Position numbers and translations under genes: made by a program. From an uncultured Phycisphaerales bacterium (GTDB lineage Bacteria; Planctomycetota; Phycisphaerae; Tepidisphaerales; Tepidisphaeraceae), in contig CAWJPJ010000004.1 in assembly GCA_963844715.1 (NCBI GenBank), positions 96,001-160,000 on the forward strand: DNA of 64,000 nucleotides, read 5' to 3'. Positions 56,365-64,000 of this stretch are shown in pieces. Under the pieces are notes generated by a model, which worked only from the letters and a program-made list of their open reading frames with translations, ran no database searches and was not told the DNA's origin. How positions within the stretch are numbered: the first letter of the stretch is position 1; each line of letters starts with the position of its first letter.

Positions 56365-57523
56365 ATGGCCCAAATTGCTGAAATCCTGCGGCAGACGATC
56401 GGCTACGATCCGCAGGCCGATTTTGAAGCCTTTGTGCGCCAAGCTCCGGCGAAATGGGCCGTGTATCTTTTGGCCGACGGCGACGATCGGCCGCTGCAGC
56501 TTCTGTGCGTAAAGAATCTGCGGAGCAGTCTGAAGAATCGCCTGGGGGAGCATGATCCGGCGCAGCCGAGTAAGCGGGTCGATTTCCGGCAGGTCGTTCG
56601 CAAGATTTCCTGGCGGAGGGTGGATAGCGCCTTTGAGTCGGACATTGTTTATCACGACCTGGCCAAGAGAATCTTCCCGGAAACTTACAAAGGCATGGTC
56701 GGGCTCCGGCCGGCGTGGTTTTTGCACGTCGATCCGGAGGCTAATTTCCCACGTTATGTGAAAACGCATCAGCTCGACGAAAAGCCTGGGCTATATCTTG
56801 GCCCGCTTGATGACAAACACGCGGCTGCTCGGTTGATCGAGCTGGTGGAAGATAGTTTCGATCTGTGCCGGTACTTCAATATTCTCACGGAAGCCCCGCG
56901 CGGGCGGCCATGCGCTTACAAGGAAATGGGGAAATGCCCGGCACCGTGCGATGGGTCGATCTCGATGGATCAATATCGTCATCTCATTGCCTGGAGCGCG
57001 ACAGACTCTGATCGATCCGCATCCTTTTGTGCGCGAGCAGAAGGCGCGGATGGCTCAAGCCGCGGCCGATCTGCGATTTGAATCGGCTCAAAAGATCAAA
57101 ACGTTCATTGAGCAAATTTCCCAGTTCGGCAAGGGCGTGTTCCGGCACGTTCACAGGTTGGAAGACTTTGCGTACGTCACTTTGCAAGCCGGGCCGATGC
57201 CCGGGGCGGCTAAGCTGTTCCTTATCCGCTCGACGGGGGTCGAGGAAATATTGAACATTACGGACGATCGATTTCGTTGCAGTGAACTGATGGCGACGAT
57301 CCTGACCGCAGCGGAGCACCGGCCGCATGCGGCGGCCGATGCTGAGCTGATCGGGATTGTCACGCATCATCTTTTCTGGCCGAAGCAATCGAGCGGGGTG
57401 TTCTTGCCGCTGGCGGATATTTCGGAGCAAGGTCTGAGCAAAGCGTATAGAGAATTGGGGCGGCAAAAGCCGCCTGAGGAAACGGAAGGGGAGGGGGTTA
57501 CGAAGGAATTACAGGCGATGTGA
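56365..57523 (+). CDS. UvrC N-terminal-like (Cho-like) protein with degenerate GIY-YIG, Cys cluster and UVR domain (frameshift near 57000)
   Basis: AVYLLAD..KNLRSSL, YLGP, FDLC..RPCAYKEMGKCPAPCDG, MAQAAADLRFESA. Confidence 0.7.
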
Positions 57524-57529
57524 TAAACG

Positions 57530-57575
57530 TTGACTGGGCGAAACGCCGATATTAAACTAGTCTACGACTGGTCTA
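57530..57575 (+). promoter_or_regulatory. Promoter and likely operator of the TA operon
   Basis: TTGACT-N17-TAAACT overlapping the repeat ACTAGTCTA-cg-ACTGGTCTA. Confidence 0.6.
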
Positions 57576-57590
57576 AATTCGAGGTGGCAT

Positions 57591-57848
57591 GTGGATATAC
57601 GTTCATCCAATAGCGTCGGGGCTTATGATGCCAAAACGAGGTTTTCCGAACTTCTGGAGAAAGTGGAAGGCGGCGAGGAGATCACCATCACTAAACATGG
57701 AAACCCCGTCGCCAAGCTAGTCCCGCTTCGCGTGAAATCGACGCCGGAGCGACGTCGGGCCGCGATTGCCCGCTGGCGCGAGATATCAAAAGATATCAAG
57801 TTGCGCGGCTTGAAAATCCGCGACATGATCGATGAGGGCCGACGTTGA
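57591..57848 (+). CDS. Phd/YefM family antitoxin
   Basis: VGAYDAKTRFSELLEKVEGGEEITITKHGNPVAKLVP. Confidence 0.92.
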   Translation: MDIRSSNSVGAYDAKTRFSELLEKVEGGEEITITKHGNPVAKLVPLRVKSTPERRRAAIARWREISKDIKLRGLKIRDMIDEGRR

Positions 57849-58264
57849 CTCCTGATTTCGTCCTTGATGCCTCGATGGCTCTGGCTTGGTGCTTCCCGGA
57901 GGAAGCCACCAGTATCAGCAAAAAGTTATTAGAACAAATGGACGTGGGATCGGCTGTCGTGCCGGGGTGGTGGTTCGTCGAAATCGTTAATGTGCTTTCA
58001 ATCGCCGAACGCAAGCGGCGGATCGAGCCTTCGCAGGTGAAGGCCTTCATCGAAACAATCGACCTGCTAACACTCGATGTGGATAATGATGCCTCGAACC
58101 GCGCGTTTACCCATCTGTTGCCTTTGTGTCGGCAGTATTCCTTAACCAGTTATGACGCAATCTACTTGGACCTATCGGCACGGCGCCAATTGCCGCTTGC
58201 CACACTGGACGTGCCTCTGGCTAAAGCGGCCAAGAAATTGGGAATATCCGTACTCGGCCGGTGA
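57845..58264 (+). CDS. vapC: VapC (PIN) toxin
   Basis: FVLDASMALAW, EIVNVL, SYDAIYL, LATLD; overlaps antitoxin stop. Confidence 0.92.
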   Translation: MTPDFVLDASMALAWCFPEEATSISKKLLEQMDVGSAVVPGWWFVEIVNVLSIAERKRRIEPSQVKAFIETIDLLTLDVDNDASNRAFTHLLPLCRQYSLTSYDAIYLDLSARRQLPLATLDVPLAKAAKKLGISVLGR

Positions 58265-58458
58265 CACCTGACCAAACTCTACGAGGGGCTCGGCCGACGA
58301 ACGTCCCCTGAAGAAACGGAAAGGGCATAGGTTCACGAAGGAATTATGGGCGATGTGAGTTCTTCCTCATGGCCTGGGTACTCCGGGGAGAGGGTTGGGG
58401 TGAACGGAGTTCGCGTTGTTTCGTCCCCCCTGCCGGAATCGCCCACTATAATAATCAA

Positions 58459-59406
58459 GTGCCCAATTCGCCCCCATTGTTGGTTGATCGCTTCCGCGGC
58501 TGCCTTCTAGGTTTGGCCGTCGGAGATGCCCTCGGCGCGCCGTATGAAGGCCTAACCGGCGAAACCATCTATCGGCACTTCGGGCGTGTAGATCGCCTGC
58601 TCGCGAATTTGGATTCCCGCGTCATCACGTATACAGACGACACGCAGATGACGATTGGTTTAGCTGAATGCCTGCTGCACCGTGATTCGATCGATAAAGA
58701 TCATCTAGCGGAGTGTTTTCGAGCGAACTATCAACCCGACCGAGGCTATGGCGCAGGGATGCGGAAAATACTGGATACGATGACGGAGGGGGGCGATTGG
58801 GAACCGCTGGTACAGTCGCTCTTTCCAGGAGGTTCATTTGGAAATGGCGCGGCGATGCGCGTCGCTCCGGTCGGATTGGCATTCCATGGAGACGCACTTT
58901 ACTTGCGGGACCAGGCCGCCAAATCGGCTACAGTAACTCATTTACATCCCCTGGGAGTTGACGCAGCCGTGATCGTGGCGACGGCCGTTTCTTTCCTGAT
59001 TCGAGAACCCAAATTCGATGCGCAGGCGTTTTACGCCGAACTGGTTGATGCCGCAACAACCGAGGAATTTCAGTGGCAACTTCGCACGGCGGGCCGTTTG
59101 GATCCGATGGACATGATATCATTTGGAAGTACTTTGGCGGCCCATCGCTCTGTGACCACCGCAATCACCTGCTTCAGCGTCTGGCCCGATTCCTACGAAC
59201 GGACAATAGCCAGGGCAATTGGTATGGGTGAAGACACCGATACGCTGGCGGCGATTGCCGGAGCGCTGAGTGGCGCACACCTGGGCGTGGACGCCATCCC
59301 ACAGAGTTGGTCGTCCAAGCTTGAAAACGGGGGGAAAGGCAGAGATTACATCCACAGAACTGCCAGGGCATTATGCGATAAATGGTGTGGGCCAAAAGCG
59401 GAATGA
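58459..59406 (+). CDS. ADP-ribosylglycohydrolase (DraG/ARH family)
   Basis: GLAVGDALG, YTDDTQM, GNGAAMR, TH, DTDTLAAIAGALSGA. Confidence 0.92.
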   Translation: MPNSPPLLVDRFRGCLLGLAVGDALGAPYEGLTGETIYRHFGRVDRLLANLDSRVITYTDDTQMTIGLAECLLHRDSIDKDHLAECFRANYQPDRGYGAGMRKILDTMTEGGDWEPLVQSLFPGGSFGNGAAMRVAPVGLAFHGDALYLRDQAAKSATVTHLHPLGVDAAVIVATAVSFLIREPKFDAQAFYAELVDAATTEEFQWQLRTAGRLDPMDMISFGSTLAAHRSVTTAITCFSVWPDSYERTIARAIGMGEDTDTLAAIAGALSGAHLGVDAIPQSWSSKLENGGKGRDYIHRTARALCDKWCGPKAE

Positions 59407-59421
59407 TGCGCCCCATCCAAA

Positions 59422-59655
59422 ATGACAGTCCAAGCCCTTCATAAGCTGCACAGTGCCCGTCCATTTGTTCCGTTCGACTTACGGCTCGGGGACGGGCAAC
59501 GCTTGCCTGTCGAGCATCCCGAAATGCTCGCGTATTCTCCGAAGAGCCGATTGGCGACGGTCTATTTCAGAAATGGCTCATTTGAGATCGTCGATTTGCT
59601 TCTCGTCACTGGCTTGGAAGTGAAGGCAAACGGGCAGAAACACCGTCGGCGGTAG
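59422..59655 (+). CDS. Small hypothetical protein (RPFVPF..L.DG..V.HPE type)
   Basis: 77-aa ORF with a motif I associate with small planctomycete proteins. Confidence 0.7.
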   Translation: MTVQALHKLHSARPFVPFDLRLGDGQRLPVEHPEMLAYSPKSRLATVYFRNGSFEIVDLLLVTGLEVKANGQKHRRR

Positions 59656-59685
59656 TTCCTCCGCGCAGGGGCGGAAAGGATACAA

Positions 59686-59928
59686 ATGAAAGGCAGACAA
59701 AAAGGCCGCCCGACCAATTGGGTTAAGGCAAGTATTTCCGAATATGTGAACGTCGGAAAGCCGGGCGTTCAGTTTGAGGTTTGGGCCAAATGGAAGCGCA
59801 CGCCGAGCAAATTAGGCACGCTGACCGTCAGCATTGGCGGCTTACGATGGCGCCGTCAGAACGGAAAGCTCTCCCGTCAAATTAGCTGGAACACCGTCGC
59901 CGAATGGTTTGATTCAACCGAAAGATAA
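59686..59928 (+). CDS. Small basic hypothetical protein
   Basis: AGGA RBS; KLGTLTVSIGGLRW..ISW motif. Confidence 0.6.
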   Translation: MKGRQKGRPTNWVKASISEYVNVGKPGVQFEVWAKWKRTPSKLGTLTVSIGGLRWRRQNGKLSRQISWNTVAEWFDSTER

Positions 59929-59936
59929 AAAGCGCG

Positions 59937-60871
59937 TTATCCTCTGGGATGATACTTCCGATGTACGGCCTTTAACCGGGTGTCGTCCACATGGGTGTAA
60001 ATCTGCGTTGTTCCGATATCGCTGTGGCCGAGTAATTCCTGAACTACGCGCAAATCTCGCCGCCGCCGATTAGGTGGGTTGCGAAGCAGTGGCGCAGGGT
60101 GTGGGGTGAGACGTCTTTTAGGAGGCCGCAGGAGCGGCCGTACTTTTCGACGAGCATCCAAAGGGCGATGCGATCGAGCGGGCGGCCTGTGCGCGATAGA
60201 AACATTCTTTCATCGTTTCGCCGGTTTAGCTTGGGGCGGGATTCCTGCAAATAAAGCTTGATGGCTTCCAGCGCGGCTTTTCCTACGGGGACGAGCCGCT
60301 CTTTTGATCCCTTGCCTAGAACGCGTACTACGCCCACCTGTAGATTCACGTCATTCAATTTTACATGGCACAATTCGCTGGCTCGCAAGCCGCTGGCATA
60401 GAGCAGTTCCAGGATCGCCACGTCGCGGGTGTAAAACGGCGACTCGGGATCGGGGGCGGCGATCAGTTGATTTACCTGGGCGCGGCTCAGGACCTTGGGC
60501 AGGCTTCGCTCGGGCTTGGGTCTTTCTAGCTGGCGCAAAATGGCCGGTGCGTTGGGATAATCGGCGGCTAGAAATCCCAGGAGCGATCGGATTGCCGCGA
60601 GGCGGCGGGAGACGGTTTTGGTGGATTTCCCCTGGCGGGACTGGTTTTGGAGATATTGGCGGAAGTCGTCCGCCTTGGCGGTCAGGAGGTTTTTGCGCCT
60701 GCCGGTTAGAAAATCGTGGGTGTCTTCGAGGTCGCGGCGGTATGCCTGGAGTGAGTTTTCGGCCAGGCCCCGTTCAGCGGCGAGATGGGTCAGGAAATGG
60801 CGAATCTGCGGCTGCGGGATTCGGCTTTCGCCGGGTGATCGTGACCTGGACGTTACGACTTGCGGCTTCAC
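59937..60871 (-). CDS. xerD: Tyrosine recombinase XerD-like (frameshift near 60060)
   Basis: [62 protein letters not shown]; start uncertain. Confidence 0.88.
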
Positions 60872-61055
60872 GATTCGACTCCAATTGCCGCATTCTACGT
60901 TCCACGCGGAGTTGCAGATAGGCGGGGCAGGCCCGGAAGCGGCCAAAGCAGTATTTGAACGCGTACTGCATCGCGTCGAGGCGGAAATTCTCGGCGCAGC
61001 GGGGATCCGCGGCATTTAGGAACGGACAGTGCTGGCCGGGTGCGGAGGCAGCCAT
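60774..61055 (-). CDS. Small Cys-rich hypothetical protein
   Basis: HCPFLN..DPRC..YCFGRFRACPAY; overlaps the xerD 5' end. Confidence 0.6.
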   Translation of the reverse strand: MAASAPGQHCPFLNAADPRCAENFRLDAMQYAFKYCFGRFRACPAYLQLRVERRMRQLESNREAASRNVQVTITRRKPNPAAADSPFPDPSRR

Positions 61056-61152
61056 TGGGGTTCGGTCATTTATCGGCCAACGCGCGCACGGGCCGTGAGG
61101 CATCGTGGCAAACCCAGTTATAGGATGTTGAAAACTTCGGGAATTCTGGGCG

Positions 61153-61377
61153 TCAGGCGGCGACGGTTTCGCCGGCGGGGACTTCGGGCAGCTTTCGCGT
61201 CTGCAAACAGACGGCGATGAACAGATGCTTGAGCCGCTCGAGCGGCTGACGATCGAGGAACTCAGGCGTGAAATCCACCGGAAAAGACGCGGGAAATTCG
61301 TTAAATTGGCGCACCAGAGACGGCTTGTCCAAACTGGATACAACCCGAATCAATTCTTCGACCTGGTCTGACTCCAT
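61153..61377 (-). CDS. Small hypothetical protein
   Basis: GGAG RBS; FPVDFTPEFLDRQPLERLKHLFIAVC. Confidence 0.6.
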   Translation of the reverse strand: MESDQVEELIRVVSSLDKPSLVRQFNEFPASFPVDFTPEFLDRQPLERLKHLFIAVCLQTRKLPEVPAGETVAA

Positions 61378-61433
61378 TTCCACTCCGTATATTGTAGACC
61401 CGTCGCGGTGTATCGTTGCGAAAATCTTAAGAT

Positions 61434-61919
61434 TCAACAAAATAAATCGATCAAATTTCCTCTGTGAAGAATATCGGGCTCACGAACAACGATCTTTATC
61501 TTCGGCGGAATCTTCGCCGGCTGCTGCCACGGTAAAACTTTCCAGGGCGGCTGCGGCGCCGCCTCGATGCTCGGCGAGGTCGCGACGCCGGATTTCGGGC
61601 CGCCGTGCGGCGCTTCCGGGGCCTCGCGCGTGGGCCAGGGAACGGGGGCGTAGTACGGCTGGGGGCGAATCTCCTGCCGCGGCAAATAACGCGGCTCGGG
61701 GTGAATCACCGGCCGGGGGCAGTACTCCGGCGAGCAATTCCCAGCCGGGCCGTTTGCGGTTTCGGGCGGACACCCACTCGAGCCCGGCCCTCCTGCCGGG
61801 CCCACGTGGATTCCTCCCGGATCCGTGCCGCCATTCATCGCGGCGCGGAGGAGCTTGACCAGGTCGAGCTGCGCCATCGCGACGATCAGGGCCGGATTGA
61901 ATTGGGAACCGATCTGCAC
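61434..61919 (-). CDS. Pro-rich hypothetical protein
   Basis: Low-complexity ORF ending RGNLIDLFC; start uncertain. Confidence 0.45.
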   Translation of the reverse strand: MQIGSQFNPALIVAMAQLDLVKLLRAAMNGGTDPGGIHVGPAGGPGSSGCPPETANGPAGNCSPEYCPRPVIHPEPRYLPRQEIRPQPYYAPVPWPTREAPEAPHGGPKSGVATSPSIEAAPQPPWKVLPWQQPAKIPPKIKIVVREPDILHRGNLIDLFC

Positions 61920-62119
61920 TGCGCCATACGAAGCAAAAGGGCGCGGGCACGGGTTCACTCGATCCGCCCGGCGATCAAAATCGCTCGGATATTCCGAGCT
62001 GAAATGGAATCTCCAATTAAAACGGCCCGGCGTCAAATTGGTCCGTTTATGACGGATGTTGTCCTAAAACAACGTGATGCGGGTAAGATGTCCGCTTAGC
62101 GGAACGTGGGTGACGAGGA

Positions 62120-63191
62120 ATGCGAACCGACGATCTCGATTTCAAACTTCCGGAAGAATTGATCGCGCAAACGCCTGCCGAGCGCCGGGGCGACTCGCGG
62201 CTTCTTCATTACGAGCGACAGACCGGTAAAATCGAGCATCTCCGCTTTTCGGAACTGCCGCCGCTGCTTAATCGCGGCGATCTGCTGGTTTTCAACGACG
62301 CGAAGGTCATCCCCGCCAAGTTTGATCTGAAAAAAATCACCGGCGGGCGAATCGAGGGACTTTTTCTTTCCGAGCCGTCGCCCGGCAAATGGCAAGTGTT
62401 GCTGAAAAACCTCGGCGATACCCCGGAAGGCACGCAACTGACGTTTGAAAACGCAGCGGCCCTATCCGCGCAAGTCGAAAAAAATCTTGGGCAGGGCGAA
62501 TTCTTACTTTCGATCTCCGCCTCTCCGGGGACTCGGGTGGAGGGCAAGGGTGGGGGCGCTTTGGAGATTCTGCAAAAAATCGGGCGGATGCCGCTTCCGC
62601 CCTATATCAGGCGTGAGAAATCCGCCGACCCGCGCGATGCCCTTGATCGCGATCGTTATCAGACCGTGTACGCCCGCGTTCCCGGGGCGGTTGCGGTGCC
62701 GACGGCGGGATTTCACTTTTCGCAACAAATTCTCGATCAGCTGGATCTTCACGGGGTCGAGCGGGCAAATATCACGCTGCACGTCGGGCTGGGAACGTTT
62801 AAGCCGATCGAGACTGATACGCTTGAAGCGCATCCCATGCATGCCGAAACGTACGAGATCACGGAGCAGGCCGCCGCGGCGCTGAATCGCGCCAAATTCG
62901 AGAGCCGTAGGATTATTGCCGTGGGGACGACCAGCGCTCGGGTGGTCGAGAGCCAACCCTGCGCACTATCCATTCCAGGCCAAAACCGATCAAACCAACT
63001 TATTCGTCTTTCCGCCCTATCGATGGCGGCATATCGGCGGGCTTTTGACGAATTTTCACCTGCCCCGGAGCACATTGATCGCCTTCGTCGCGGCCTTGGT
63101 GGGGTTGGAACAGCAACGGAAGATTTACGACGAGGCGATCGCGCAAAAATACCGCTTCTTCAGCTACGGCGACGCGATGTTTATCGATTAG
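62120..63191 (+). CDS. queA: tRNA preQ1(34) S-adenosylmethionine ribosyltransferase-isomerase (frameshift near 62960)
   Basis: LPEELIAQTP, MPLPPYI, YQTVYA, PTAGFHF, LHVGLGTF, VGTTS, TNFHLPRST, YRFFSYGDAM. Confidence 0.95.
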
Positions 63192-64000
63192 AAGTGGAGG
63201 AATCCGCGGGGGAGGGGAAAGCCCGCCAGCGGTTGGGTGGCCAGAGGATTGCGGTCACGCGGGCGACAATCCGGCTGCGTGGCATGGCGCCCGGCTGATG
63301 CCCGTCCATCGAGGGGAAAAATCGCGAGTCGCCGGAAACCACGGTGTTGTCGCCGAGGAGATAATATTCATCGGGACCCAAGGTGATGGGATTGCCCCAG
63401 CAGCCGTATGCGGCGGTGGCGCTCGGCCCGTAGAGAATGTCGCCGTCGGTGTCCATCGGCAAATACTTTTCCACGCCGTCCGGGAGGGTCGCCAGCTGGT
63501 CGTTGATCATGACGCCGTCGCCGGTGATTTCGATTTTTTCGCCCGGAAGGCCAATCACCCGTTTGAAAATTTGCGGCTCGTCGGGAAAGGGGGAATTCGC
63601 CACGACAAGGTCCCAGCGCGCAAACGGCGCGCCGCGACGATCCAGAAACCAGTCGCTTGTTCCGACGGTCGGAGCCATGCTGGACGTCGGGGTGTAGCAA
63701 ATCTCGAAACAGTCCGTCAGCAGATAGTTCGTCGCCTCGTGCTGAAGGAAAAACGAAATCATCACGAGCATCACGGCGACGATGTAGCGGATGGACGACT
63801 CGGCCAGCATGCTGGTTCGCGATCGGACAGCGCACACCGCCGCATCCACTAGGTGGCAGATTTGGCCCAGTACGGCCAGGGGGACGGCGAGCGGGAGAAT
63901 GGTCACGTACCGCGGTTCCAGAAACCCGACGAGCATCGCGCGAAACAGACCGCTCACCACGACGAACCAGACGATTGTGCGCGTATAGTATCCCGCCAGC
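63181..64000 (-). CDS. lepB: Signal peptidase I family protein with N-terminal TM extension (5' end outside window)
   Basis: PTSSMAPT (catalytic Ser), FKRVIGLPGE (Lys), LGDNTVVSGDSR. Confidence 0.85.
   Translation of the reverse strand, partial: LAGYYTRTIVWFVVVSGLFRAMLVGFLEPRYVTILPLAVPLAVLGQICHLVDAAVCAVRSRTSMLAESSIRYIVAVMLVMISFFLQHEATNYLLTDCFEICYTPTSSMAPTVGTSDWFLDRRGAPFARWDLVVANSPFPDEPQIFKRVIGLPGEKIEITGDGVMINDQLATLPDGVEKYLPMDTDGDILYGPSATAAYGCWGNPITLGPDEYYLLGDNTVVSGDSRFFPSMDGHQPGAMPRSRIVARVTAILWPPNRWRAFPSPADSSTSNR

Noticed and set aside
59937..60871. Phage or island integrase with a nearby att/dif site
   Set aside because: Length and motifs fit housekeeping XerD; no dif-like site or phage genes were seen.

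Overview
GC-rich bacterial chromosome segment, most likely Planctomycetota (Phycisphaerae/Tepidisphaerales-like). This is inferred from an LEPR-XLL surface protein, a DUF1559/H-X9-DG pilin-like gene, 'CxxCGYDLR...CPECG' zinc-ribbon membrane proteins and a 23S-5S rRNA unit with no linked 16S. Many genes, including essential ones (infB, murD), carry single-base frameshifts, so the assembly looks like unpolished long reads and pseudogene calls need caution. Core content: sugar ABC ATPase, nusA-infB-DUF503-rbfA-hisG operon, TPR protein, yebC, ECF sigma factor, murD, pyrF, ppk1, three tandem GT-C glycosyltransferases, tRNA-Thr(CGT), KimA-like APC permease, TetR-regulated ABC efflux operon, 23S+5S rRNA, a giant S53-protease surface protein, redoxins, purE, rfbC, a UvrC-like gene, xerD, queA and lepB. 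Most notable: (1) a ~440-nt intervening sequence in 23S helix 45 encoding a four-helix-bundle protein between arms built from CTAG-core heptamers, with cargo-less 7-mer/8-mer tandem-repeat hairpins and single arms elsewhere (around DUF503, in the 23S-5S spacer, near rfbC); (2) a second copy of the 3' half of the 5S gene plus terminator, bracketing a decayed VapBC-like module; (3) repeated toxin-antitoxin modules whose toxin is lost or broken, often next to REP/MITE-like palindromes; (4) a structured nusA leader, a sigma54-type promoter before an HPF-like ORF, and a REP-like element apparently in frame inside queA.
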